From the IMG/VR virus record IMGVR_UViG_3300021404_000010: a stretch of 64,000 nt of DNA. One strand, given 5' to 3'. The position numbers and the translations under genes are program-made. The stretch comes from an uncultured virus (IMG/VR IMGVR_UViG_3300021404_000010) (lineage: Duplodnaviria; Heunggongvirae; Uroviricota; Caudoviricetes). The notes under the pieces were generated by a model. That model had not been told where the DNA came from, made no database searches, and saw only the letters and a list, made by a program, of their open reading frames with translations. Positions 42,526 to 51,052 of this stretch are shown piece after piece (within the stretch, counting starts at the first letter, position 1; every line of letters begins with the position of its first letter).

Positions 42526-42698
42526 CCCCCGAGCAGATCGAAGAGGTCGCCCGCCTGGTGATCGGGCAGTGGATGAAGAACAGCCGCTTCGACCTGTTCG
42601 GCCCGCAGGCGCGCGCCGCGGCGTTGTTCACGTTCGCCCGCATCTGCGAGGAAGTGGCCGAGGAGGAGATCGCCAAGCTGCCGGACTGGACGGCATGA
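42522..42698 (+). CDS. Hypothetical protein
   Basis: GTGA-coupled. Confidence 0.5.
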   Translation: MTPEQIEEVARLVIGQWMKNSRFDLFGPQARAAALFTFARICEEVAEEEIAKLPDWTA

Positions 42699-42753
42699 GC
42701 AGGGCGGTCATTTGGGGCCTTGTCGGCCTCGCGCTCGTGGCCTTGTGGGTCGG

Positions 42754-42912
42754 ATGACCGGCTTCATTGTCGGCTTTGCGCTCGCGATGTCATTCACTCA
42801 GTTCGTCATGCTCGCGATCAGCGAAGCGCGCGAACAGAGGGGTGTGGTCGTCTTGGCTGGCGAGGCAGCGGTCTGCGCCGTGGCCTTCGGCGTGCTGGTG
42901 GCGCATGTGTAA
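42754..42912 (+). CDS. Small two-TM membrane protein
   Basis: Two hydrophobic stretches. Confidence 0.45.
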   Translation: MTGFIVGFALAMSFTQFVMLAISEAREQRGVVVLAGEAAVCAVAFGVLVAHV

Positions 42913-43074
42913 CGAGCGCAAATACATCTTATCGGACGGAACCAATGCTTGACTCAGGACGGCAAAACGGCCCGGTCGCTTGCCTCTCGCCGGACCACAT
43001 AGAGTGACGAATCGAAACCCCCTGGATTCGACGCGAACCGCCCGTGCCGCCCGTGCATCGTCAAAGGCTTAGCG

Positions 43075-43338
43075 ATGACCGCCGAGAGCTTCACCTGCCC
43101 CGACTGCGGCCGCACCAGCCACCACCCGATGGATGTGCTCAACCGCTATTGCGGCGCGTGCCATGTGTTCCATCCCCGCTGCTGCCGGACCTGCGAATGG
43201 TGGGACGGCGGCGGCGAGAAGCTGAAACCCACGGCGCTGACCGGCGACTGCCTGAACCGGGCCTCCGATCGCTTTACGCCGGAGTGGGACCACCACTGTC
43301 CGCAATGGATGCAGGAGAGCACAACCGATGACGGATGA
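43075..43338 (+). CDS. Double zinc-finger small protein
   Basis: CPDCGRTSHHPMD..YCGACH; CRTCEWW...GDC...CPQW. Confidence 0.7.
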   Translation: MTAESFTCPDCGRTSHHPMDVLNRYCGACHVFHPRCCRTCEWWDGGGEKLKPTALTGDCLNRASDRFTPEWDHHCPQWMQESTTDDG

Positions 43339-43657
43339 CCCGAAGGAATTCTGCGTCATGCTGCAACTGCGGACCAACGATCCACGGCTGACGGCGGAGG
43401 CGATCAATGAGGCACTGGGCAGCGGCAACGCCTCCGCCTTCGCCATGATGCGCCGCGCCGTGCTGCAGCATTTGCCGAAAGACGTGACGAGGATGATCGC
43501 GGTGTTTCCGGTGGAGCACGCGCGGATGCTGATGATGCTGCACGAAATCCACGGCGAGCAGATCGCGGCGCACCTGCGCGAGGGCGGCATCGCGGCGAAC
43601 GCCGATGGCATCTTTGTCCGCCCGCCGCCCGACTACGTGCCGCCGACCCAGGAGTGA
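43328..43657 (+). CDS. Hypothetical protein (similar to 38166..38405)
   Basis: LRTNDPRLT...MIAVFPVEHARMLM. Confidence 0.6.
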   Translation: MTDDPKEFCVMLQLRTNDPRLTAEAINEALGSGNASAFAMMRRAVLQHLPKDVTRMIAVFPVEHARMLMMLHEIHGEQIAAHLREGGIAANADGIFVRPPPDYVPPTQE

Positions 43658-43914
43658 CGATGATCCAGAGTGAAATCGAGGCGATTGTTGCCGAGACAGC
43701 CGCCAACGACGAAGACCCGCGCAAGGCGCTGCACGGGCGGCTGCAAATCGCTGTGCTGCTGCTCGCCGCCAGCCGTCCCTACCTGGTGCCGATTTCGACC
43801 GACACGGCCGTGGCGCTCGGCGAGGCGATGGGCGCGCTCGGCAAGGCAAAGGCACTGGTCGGCCGTGACATCGACGATGCCGCCGCAAGGCAGGCCGGCC
43901 CGCATGCAGTCTGA
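43654..43914 (+). CDS. Hypothetical protein
   Basis: Overlap-coupled; AGGAG RBS. Confidence 0.55.
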   Translation: MTMIQSEIEAIVAETAANDEDPRKALHGRLQIAVLLLAASRPYLVPISTDTAVALGEAMGALGKAKALVGRDIDDAAARQAGPHAV

Positions 43915-44149
43915 CGATGCCGAGTTCCCGCATTGGCATGGCTGTGCGCGCGCCGACGGGCTGCGCATCTCGCCCGATCCGGCACGCGCGCCGACCTCGG
44001 CCCCAACCTGGCGCATCGTCATGCCCTCGGGTTGGACGCTCTACTCGTGCCCGTGCTGCGAGGAAGCGCTCGAGACCGCGCAGACCGCCAAGCGCGTTGC
44101 CGATGCGGTGTATCCCGTCGGCGGCCCTGTCGGCGGCTGGTTCGTCTGA
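43904..44149 (+). CDS. Hypothetical protein
   Basis: Coupled at both ends; CPCC motif. Confidence 0.5.
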   Translation: MQSDDAEFPHWHGCARADGLRISPDPARAPTSAPTWRIVMPSGWTLYSCPCCEEALETAQTAKRVADAVYPVGGPVGGWFV

Positions 44150-44784
44150 TGAGCGGCTATTACGAATTCGCCGGCGAGAGGATGGTGCTCGAGCACCGCG
44201 ACGGCGAGGACGTGCTGACGTTCGGCACCAAGGGCACCGGCCGCGTCTGCGGTTCGTGCAGCTTGTGCTGCAAGCTGCTGCCGATCCCGGGCCCGCCGCT
44301 GCACAAGCCGGCGAACACCCGCTGCAAGCACCAGAAGCACAGCAAGGGGTGCGGCATCTACGCCACCCGTCCGCTGCCCTGCCGTGCGTTCGCCTGCCGC
44401 TGGTTGGCCGACCGCGACACCGCCGGCCTGTCGCGGCCCGATCGCAGCCACTGCGTGATCGACATCGAGGCCGACTATATCGAGATGCTCGACGAGGACG
44501 GAAGCGGCGAGCCGCGCAAGCTCGGCGTCGTCCAAATCTGGTGCGACCCCGCATTTCCCGACGCGCACCGCGCGCCCGATCTGCGCGCCTACATGGTGCG
44601 TGTCGCCGAGCAGTACGGCTACGCGACCATTATCCGCTACGACGAATCCGATGCGTTCGTGGTGTTCCCGCCGCCGCTCTCCAGCGATCGGCAATGGCAC
44701 GAGAGGGGCGGCACGATCAAAGCCCGCACGCGCGACGAAGCGGAAATTCTCCGACGCTACAAGGTAGGGGTGACCGATGGCTGA
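44149..44784 (+). CDS. YkgJ-like CxxCxxCC metal-binding protein
   Basis: CGSCSLCCK...C..H...CGIYATRPLPCRAFACRWL. Confidence 0.8.
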   Translation: MSGYYEFAGERMVLEHRDGEDVLTFGTKGTGRVCGSCSLCCKLLPIPGPPLHKPANTRCKHQKHSKGCGIYATRPLPCRAFACRWLADRDTAGLSRPDRSHCVIDIEADYIEMLDEDGSGEPRKLGVVQIWCDPAFPDAHRAPDLRAYMVRVAEQYGYATIIRYDESDAFVVFPPPLSSDRQWHERGGTIKARTRDEAEILRRYKVGVTDG

Positions 44785-45058
44785 TCGTTTGGTTTCCAGC
44801 GAGCCGACGCCAGGGCAGTTCATCACCGAGCTTCACTGCTGGATCGGCACCTATGGCGACGGCACGGAAGGCATCATTGCCGGGGGCCTCGCAGGTCTTG
44901 GCATGACCATGCTGGTCAGTTCGCGCCGTCACATCGCCCTCGAACTGGAAGAGGCTGCGCGCCGCGCGATGCGCATGACCATGCATCTGCCGCAGGCCAA
45001 GCGCGTCGTCAGCGTGCGGCTCGTCACGTTCACCTCGACCGAGGGGACGCGGCAATGA
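44777..45058 (+). CDS. Hypothetical protein
   Basis: Coupled; ITELHCWI...DGTEGI. Confidence 0.6.
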   Translation: MADRLVSSEPTPGQFITELHCWIGTYGDGTEGIIAGGLAGLGMTMLVSSRRHIALELEEAARRAMRMTMHLPQAKRVVSVRLVTFTSTEGTRQ

Positions 45059-45339
45059 TCGACCCCACCCGGCATGATCTCGGCCGCAAGGTCATCTATC
45101 GCGATCTGAATACGCCGAACGGGAGCAAGCTCGAGGAAGGCACCATCACGTCCTTCAACGACGCCTATGTATTCGTCCGCTATCACAGCGGCAGCACGTC
45201 AGCGGCGACGCGACGGTACGACCTCGAATGGTCAACCCGCGAGCCGGGCGAGACAGCGATCAGCATGACGGTCGCGGGCGGCAAGGTGACGGAGATGGAT
45301 TTCTGCTATCCGCCTGAGCCGCCTTGGCTCCGGACATAA
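45055..45339 (+). CDS. Small SH3-like hypothetical protein
   Basis: DLGRKVIY...EEGTITSFNDAYVFVRY. Confidence 0.6.
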   Translation: MIDPTRHDLGRKVIYRDLNTPNGSKLEEGTITSFNDAYVFVRYHSGSTSAATRRYDLEWSTREPGETAISMTVAGGKVTEMDFCYPPEPPWLRT

Positions 45340-45342
45340 AGA

Positions 45343-45378
45343 GGGCCGCCGTGTTAGGACCGCGGCGGCCCGAGTTTT
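45343..45378 (+). terminator. Terminator of the rightward operon
   Basis: GGGCCGCCGTG...CGCGGCGGCCC followed by GAGTTTT. Confidence 0.65.
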
Positions 45379-45441
45379 CGATGGAGTGTGGTCAAGTCTC
45401 TGCCGCGCAAGTATTCCCACGCCCGAGGGGGACGCGGCAAT

Positions 45442-45475
45442 AAAAAAGCCCCCCGGGGGAGAAACCCGGAGGGCT
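45442..45475 (-). terminator. Terminator of the tail operon
   Basis: GC-rich stem-loop followed by TTTTTT on the minus strand. Confidence 0.7.
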
Positions 45476-45623
45476 AAGGAAATGGGTCTGTTCGGTAACT
45501 ACGCTGATATATCCGATCGCCCTCTCCGCTTCCAGATCCAAAAGCCGTCAAACGGCCATCCGACGCTCAATGTCACATCCTGCCGGTCGATGGCGAAGAA
45601 CCACCAGCGCGACAGTCTGATCC

Positions 45624-45854
45624 TCATGGCGAGGCGTGGTGATCCTCGCCGTTCTTCAACTGCGGCGGACCACCCTGGGGCCGCTCGGCGAGGTTCGGCT
45701 GCTGCAATTTCTGGATTTGCTCCTGCGCCTGGTTCCGCATATCGACGATGATATCGGCGACCTCATTGAAGGGATGCGAGCCGAGCAGCATCAGCGTCTT
45801 GTTGAGCGCTTCGATCGGCAGGGTCACGGTGATCTCGATAGGCTGTTGCTTCAT
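45624..45854 (-). CDS. Small helical protein after the tail fibre (possible chaperone)
   Basis: MKQQPIEITVTLP...LGSHPFNEVADII...QAQEQI. Confidence 0.6.
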   Translation of the reverse strand: MKQQPIEITVTLPIEALNKTLMLLGSHPFNEVADIIVDMRNQAQEQIQKLQQPNLAERPQGGPPQLKNGEDHHASP

Positions 45855-46018
45855 GGCTTTTTTCCTGGCTGTGGGTCGGGAATGGGCGGAATCAACGGCA
45901 ACTCCGCGGGCGGCAGCACGGTAGGCGGCGGTCGCCAATTATCGTGGATGATCGGCGGCGGCACCGACGGATGTTCAAAGGGATTGTCGAGATCGGTCGG
46001 CGGTGTTGGCACAGGCAT
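45851..46018 (-). CDS. Pro-rich small protein
   Basis: AGGAG RBS; MPVPTPPTDLDNP...; ATGA-coupled. Confidence 0.5.
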   Translation of the reverse strand: MPVPTPPTDLDNPFEHPSVPPPIIHDNWRPPPTVLPPAELPLIPPIPDPQPGKKP

Positions 46019-46021
46019 TGA

Positions 46022-47950
46022 TTACGCTCCTACCGCGGAAAGCCTCGCGTCAAGCTGGGCGATCGCGCGAAAAACATGGGCGAACATCGCCATCGGGTCG
46101 AGATGATCGACCGGCTCCTGCCCCTCTTCTGACGCGGCTGCCATCACCGCATCCGGCAATGACTGACGGATATCGGTGCTGATGAACCCGTAGGGCACCG
46201 GCGGCATGTTGTAGTCCTCACGCCACTCGAACGCGCGCGTCGGCGTGGCGACGATCGCGGCCAAGCTGTCGAAGTCGCCGGCCGGCTGGATGTTGCGCCT
46301 GTAGCGCGGATCGGACCGATAGGTGTTGGCGAACCAGCCCGAGCCGTCAGCGTCGATCCAGTGCATCGTCACGCCCGACATGCCAAGCTGGCGGACCCGC
46401 TGGCTGTTGTCGCCCTGGATGACTTCGCGCTGATCGCCGTTGGCGAAACGCCAGAACGTCGTGCCGTCGTACATGAAGGCGATGTTGTAGCCCGGCCCTC
46501 GGCCTTGATAGAGGACGCCGTCGCTGGTCAGGATCGCGCCGCTGCCGGCCCCGGCATAGACATTGTTGGCTGACCACAGGTTGGCGCTGGCATAGACCGA
46601 CTGCGCGCAGGAGATGTTGCTGTCCACGAACAGCGTGGCGTGGACCGACAGATTGCCCCATATCTGCGAGTTGCCGTTGTTGTCGATCAGCATGTGCGCG
46701 GCGTTCGGATTGCCACCGCCATCCATGTTGCCGAGCCACAGGCCCGAGGCATCGGCCCAGATGCCCACCGCGACGCCAGCCGTCGAGTAGGCGCAGATCG
46801 ACGGTTGCCCACCCTCGCAAATGATGCGCGAGCCGTAGGCGATGAACTGTCCGCTGATGGTCAGATTGGCGCTGCCGTCAAGCGACATGCCAGCGCTTGG
46901 CGTTGCCCAGCCGCGCGTGCCGTTCTGGCCGTTCCAATAGTCGTACCAGCTTCCCGCCCATTGCCGGTAGCGGTAGATGCCGGAACTGAAGTTGATGAAG
47001 TCGCTCTGGTTGTTGAACCACACGCTCGACCGGAAGCCAGCGCCGCCATCGACGACCAGGGATTGCTGTATCTCCACCGATCCCGAGACGACACCGCCAG
47101 CAAGCGGCAGGTAGGCCCCGGCGATCCCGGTGACGTAGGCGCGCGAGGCGATCTCCCCCTGGTACGTGTTGTCGACCCACATGCCGATCGCCGCGCCGTC
47201 CCAGCCATAGCCGATGTAATGGCCGCCGTAATAGCTGGAGTAATTGATGCCGTAGCCGCCGACCGTCAGCGCGCCCGAGAGCGCACCGCCGGCAAGCGGC
47301 AGATAGGGCATCGCAGCGCCCGCGACGGTTGGCGCGCGGGCGAAATTGACGACGCCGGTGCTGCGCAGGATGGACAGCGGCGCGTCGAGACCCACGCCGG
47401 CATCGCTATAGCGGACAATGCTGAAGTTGGAGCCGAAGTTATTGCCAGTCTCAGCCTCCGTGCTCGCCAGAACCACATTCCACCGCACCGTGGCCCCCGT
47501 ATAGGCGACAACCTGCGCGCCCTGACCGGCGCCGCGCGACAGGTTCATCTGAGCGTACTGCCCGGCTGGCGCATTGACGGTGATCGCACCACCCGCGTCG
47601 ATCACCAATGGTCCAGTCAGTGTCCCGCCTGTCAGCGGGAGATAGCCGGCGCCGACCGCGCCGCGCGCCACCGTTGTGATCGCCGCGGTGAAACGGCTCT
47701 GCAATGCCGACATGCCAGCCGGCGATCCGTCGTCCAGCATGTCCTGGCCGGTCACATCGGCGGTGAATTGCCCGACCATCGCCGAGATCAGCGACGCCTG
47801 CCGCCACACCTTGTTAAGCTGGATCGACAAAGCGGTGCCGGTGGAGAAGCCGAGAATGCGCGCGGTGAACCCGCTCGCGATGTAATCGGCCTGCGCCATG
47901 ACATCGGCCGCAGGATCGCCCGCGAAGGTCTGGAAGTCATTCGTTGCCAT
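46022..47950 (-). CDS. Tail fibre with a C-terminal S74-like chaperone domain
   Basis: Anchor MATNDF...LNKVWRQAS; three YLPLxGG repeats; SDPRYRRNI...GFIS..I...LPDAV. Confidence 0.88.
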   Translation of the reverse strand: MATNDFQTFAGDPAADVMAQADYIASGFTARILGFSTGTALSIQLNKVWRQASLISAMVGQFTADVTGQDMLDDGSPAGMSALQSRFTAAITTVARGAVGAGYLPLTGGTLTGPLVIDAGGAITVNAPAGQYAQMNLSRGAGQGAQVVAYTGATVRWNVVLASTEAETGNNFGSNFSIVRYSDAGVGLDAPLSILRSTGVVNFARAPTVAGAAMPYLPLAGGALSGALTVGGYGINYSSYYGGHYIGYGWDGAAIGMWVDNTYQGEIASRAYVTGIAGAYLPLAGGVVSGSVEIQQSLVVDGGAGFRSSVWFNNQSDFINFSSGIYRYRQWAGSWYDYWNGQNGTRGWATPSAGMSLDGSANLTISGQFIAYGSRIICEGGQPSICAYSTAGVAVGIWADASGLWLGNMDGGGNPNAAHMLIDNNGNSQIWGNLSVHATLFVDSNISCAQSVYASANLWSANNVYAGAGSGAILTSDGVLYQGRGPGYNIAFMYDGTTFWRFANGDQREVIQGDNSQRVRQLGMSGVTMHWIDADGSGWFANTYRSDPRYRRNIQPAGDFDSLAAIVATPTRAFEWREDYNMPPVPYGFISTDIRQSLPDAVMAAASEEGQEPVDHLDPMAMFAHVFRAIAQLDARLSAVGA

Positions 47951-47962
47951 GAACCCGGCCCC

Positions 47963-48649
47963 CTAAAGCGTTTGGATGATCTTGCCCCAGGCCCCCTCGT
48001 TGAATCCCCCGAAGGGACCGCCGGGTGAGGATGGAATGTTGAAGGCGAACAACGGCTCGGTCGAAACCGTCGTCTCGATGAAGTTGTACTTCACCCCGCT
48101 CGCCTTGATCGGAAAGTCCTGCTCGAGCACGGCCAGCATCAGCGAGGACAATTCGACGCCGGGAATCAGCACGTCGCATTCCATCAGCCCGGCCGGCGTG
48201 TCGCCCTTGTCCTGCACAATCACGCCGGGGAACACCGCGTTGAATGCCTCGTAGATCTGCGACAGCGTGCCGTCCCAGCTATTGGCGATTGCCTGCAATT
48301 TAAGCAGCGTGCGATAGGTCTCATCGTCGAGCGCGGTGATCGCGTCGGTCGGCTCGTATTTGCCCAGCCAGACGCCCTGATTGAATCCGGTGCGCGCCCC
48401 GGCACCATCGTTGAACGAAAAGAACACGCCGCTGATCGGCACCTGGACATAACGCGTGCGGCCGATCCATTGGCCGAGGACGTCCAGTTGCACGCCGACC
48501 GCGCTGTCCAGATCGAAATCCGCGGTGAGCTGCGCCAGCATCGCCTGCGCGTCGATCATCGGCTGCAGCAGCACGGCGAGGGTGTTCATGAAGCGGGGCT
48601 TGGTCGAATGCCATGAGGTCACCAGGCCGAGGTAGTCGGAGAGATTCAT
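47963..48649 (-). CDS. Baseplate wedge protein (DUF2612 family)
   Basis: FDLDSAVGVQLDVLGQWIG; LDDETYRTLLK...NSWDGT. Confidence 0.88.
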   Translation of the reverse strand: MNLSDYLGLVTSWHSTKPRFMNTLAVLLQPMIDAQAMLAQLTADFDLDSAVGVQLDVLGQWIGRTRYVQVPISGVFFSFNDGAGARTGFNQGVWLGKYEPTDAITALDDETYRTLLKLQAIANSWDGTLSQIYEAFNAVFPGVIVQDKGDTPAGLMECDVLIPGVELSSLMLAVLEQDFPIKASGVKYNFIETTVSTEPLFAFNIPSSPGGPFGGFNEGAWGKIIQTL

Positions 48650-48951
48650 GGCCTGCCTCGCTGCAACGTCACGCTCGGATATTCGCCGAACTCATCGCGA
48701 TAGTACCGCGAGAAATGCGACAACTGCCAGAAGCCGAACTCGACCGCGGCGCGCGTCACGCACTCGCCGGCGATGATGCGCTCGCGCGCGCGGATCAGTC
48801 TCTGCCGCCGCAGGAACCTGGACGGTGATATGCCGAGGTGGCGGCCGACGTAGTTTCTCAATGAGCGGACATTCGTTCCCAGCAGCCGCGCGATCTCCGG
48901 CAGCGGAATACGCGCCTCGCACGTCTCTGCCAGAGCGATGAACCGCTTCAC
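48646..48951 (-). CDS. Stand-alone AraC-family DNA-binding domain
   Basis: LPEIARLLGTNVRSL...GISPSRFLR..RL..AR...VTRAAVEFGFWQLSHFSRYYRDEFGEYPS; GTG overlaps the J stop codon. Confidence 0.85.
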   Translation of the reverse strand: MKRFIALAETCEARIPLPEIARLLGTNVRSLRNYVGRHLGISPSRFLRRQRLIRARERIIAGECVTRAAVEFGFWQLSHFSRYYRDEFGEYPSVTLQRGRP

Positions 48952-50186
48952 TAGCTCGGCGTGATCACGACATTCGCCGGGTCGCAATGGGCGATCTGGA
49001 AGATGGATACCGGGATGTTCGCCGTTCCATAGGTGCCGCCGCTCGGGCTCGCGACGGTCATGGCCGTGATGTCGTACGTGTTGGTCGCGCCGAAGGGCAG
49101 TCCCGTCGTCGCATCGCAGAGGTTTGCCGGGAGCCATAGCTTTGAATAAACCACGCCGACGCCGGAGCCGAGACTATTGATGTAATTCGCGACCGCCTGA
49201 CTGATCGCCGCGCCGATGATCGTGGAATAGCCCGCCTTCGGTGTCAGCGTGATCCGCACCCCGACATCGATCTGCGACGGCACGAAGAAGCCGATATCGT
49301 GCGGCAAATTATAAACGTCGTTGACCGTCTCCCGCGTGGTCCCGTACGTGTAGCAGCCCGGCGTCTTTTTCAGCAGGATGGTCTGGCAAATCTGCGTCGC
49401 ATCGCCGCCCTGTACCACCATGCTGATGCTATGCGGCGGCAAGGGGCCGACGCCGGCCGGCGGCGGCGTCGCGGTGTAATCGGTCGAGGTATCGTTTTCA
49501 TAGGGGACGCACGCCGTCACGCCGGGAAGCTGCAACACCGCGCCGGTGACGCCCATCAGCACGGAGAGCGCCGGCAGCGCGGTTGACTGGCTCTGCCGCA
49601 CGCGCAGCCCCGCGTCCATCTCCACCGGCGCTCCCGGCTCGGCGGGGCCGGGGTTCGTCACCGTCTGCCAGCCCAGCGTGATGGTATCGATCTGCGTGAT
49701 CGTACCAGGCGCGGCGCCGAGCGCGCCCGCCGTTTCCGCTGTCGCCGTCACCGTTATCTCGCCGGAGACCGGGATCAAGACGGATACCGGAAGCAGCCAG
49801 CGGTTCGACGACTGATCGCGCGCCGCGCCATTGGTAATCAGGGTGCCGGCCTGGCCGACGATCAGCACATCGACCGACGAGTTCGACGGCAACTGCCGTG
49901 TCATGCCGTTAATTTTGACATTCGAACTCAGGCCGACGCCCTGCGCGGTCGAGGGGCTGAAGCTGTTGTAGACCGCGAAGCACGCGGCATTCGCGTCGGA
50001 GGCAGCGAGCGCGAACACGGCGATCATCTGCCCGTCCTGGGAGTCGTTGCTCACCACGATGTCGCTGCCGTAGATCGCCTGGAACTGGCCGATCAGGAAG
50101 GCCTGGATCTGCGCGAAGGTGGGCGCATGGATGCCAGTGGCATCGACATAGGCGGCGGTCGGGGAGCGGACGATGCTGCCGGACAT
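48951..50186 (-). CDS. Baseplate J-like protein
   Basis: IYGSDI..DSQDGQ; YNSFSPSTAQGVGL; LPPHSISMVVQGG. Confidence 0.9.
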   Translation of the reverse strand: MSGSIVRSPTAAYVDATGIHAPTFAQIQAFLIGQFQAIYGSDIVVSNDSQDGQMIAVFALAASDANAACFAVYNSFSPSTAQGVGLSSNVKINGMTRQLPSNSSVDVLIVGQAGTLITNGAARDQSSNRWLLPVSVLIPVSGEITVTATAETAGALGAAPGTITQIDTITLGWQTVTNPGPAEPGAPVEMDAGLRVRQSQSTALPALSVLMGVTGAVLQLPGVTACVPYENDTSTDYTATPPPAGVGPLPPHSISMVVQGGDATQICQTILLKKTPGCYTYGTTRETVNDVYNLPHDIGFFVPSQIDVGVRITLTPKAGYSTIIGAAISQAVANYINSLGSGVGVVYSKLWLPANLCDATTGLPFGATNTYDITAMTVASPSGGTYGTANIPVSIFQIAHCDPANVVITPS

Positions 50187-50531
50187 TTACCAAGACCCCG
50201 CGTCGAGGGCGATGATGCGGAAGTCGGTGATGTCGGCGCGAGGCCCGGCAAGCAGATTGGCCGGCACCGCGGTGAGGCTCGTGCCGCCGCCGGCGACCAC
50301 GCCCACCACCACCGCGGGCGTCGCCCCCGCCGCGGGCGCTGCCTGCTGCGTCAGTGCCGGCGGCACGGGCGCACGGACCGCGTAGCGCGGCACCGGCGCC
50401 GGGACCGCGGCAGGAGAGCGGAGAACCGGCGGGACGGGCTCACGGACGCGCGGTGGCCGCCGCGCGGGTATCCGGAGGGCCCGCCCCGGCAGCGTCACGA
50501 CGCCAGAGTCACGAACGACGACGAGCGGCAT
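50187..50531 (-). CDS. Pro/Ala-rich protein sharing its C-terminus with the upstream gene
   Basis: TGATG-coupled; ends ITDFRIIALDAGSW. Confidence 0.6.
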   Translation of the reverse strand: MPLVVVRDSGVVTLPGRALRIPARRPPRVREPVPPVLRSPAAVPAPVPRYAVRAPVPPALTQQAAPAAGATPAVVVGVVAGGGTSLTAVPANLLAGPRADITDFRIIALDAGSW

Positions 50532-51052
50532 CAGAATGTCCCTGCGTCCAGTGCGGTGATGCGGAAGTCGGAGATATGCGCGACAGACTGTGACAGGTCG
50601 GCCGGCTGCATCTCGAGCGGCGTGCGCAAGCTGCCCTGGATGCCCAGCAGCATCGACCTGCCGCCAAGCGAGACGCCAAGCGGCGGCACGGCGCCCGGCA
50701 GCTTCGCCGCCTGCAGGACGGCCACGCCGTAGGCCGTGTTGATCGTCATCGCCGCCGACCAGGTGCGCGTGTTGGGATCGACCACCGAGTTGTAGGCGGA
50801 GATCGTCGTGACGTTCGGCGTCGTCTGCACGCGGTCGACCACGACGATGTCCCGCGTCGCCGCGGTGCGCTCGCCGAGCACCTGCGTGTTCCAGGGCGTG
50901 CCATCGGTCTGATCAGCAAAATATTCCCCGAGATTGAGCCGCAGCCGCGTCATCACCGATTGCGCGACGCCCTCGGGCTGGTCGATCCAGAAATTGCTCT
51001 GGCCGTGGCCGAACGTCATATCCCCGTTCGCATCGAGGCGGCGATACCGCAT
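50531..51052 (-). CDS. Baseplate wedge/sheath-initiator (gp25-like) with a C-terminal extension
   Basis: MRYRRLDANGDMTFGHG...VAQSVMTRLRL..GEYF...GTPW...INTAYG. Confidence 0.82.
   Translation of the reverse strand: MRYRRLDANGDMTFGHGQSNFWIDQPEGVAQSVMTRLRLNLGEYFADQTDGTPWNTQVLGERTAATRDIVVVDRVQTTPNVTTISAYNSVVDPNTRTWSAAMTINTAYGVAVLQAAKLPGAVPPLGVSLGGRSMLLGIQGSLRTPLEMQPADLSQSVAHISDFRITALDAGTF

Noticed and set aside
45476..45623. Possible attP, dif site or RNA gene between the convergent operons
   Set aside because: No dif consensus, tRNA fold or arm-type repeats were recognisable by eye.
46022..47950. Diversity-generating retroelement or invertible fibre cassette
   Set aside because: No reverse transcriptase, invertase or near-identical template/variable repeat pair was seen.
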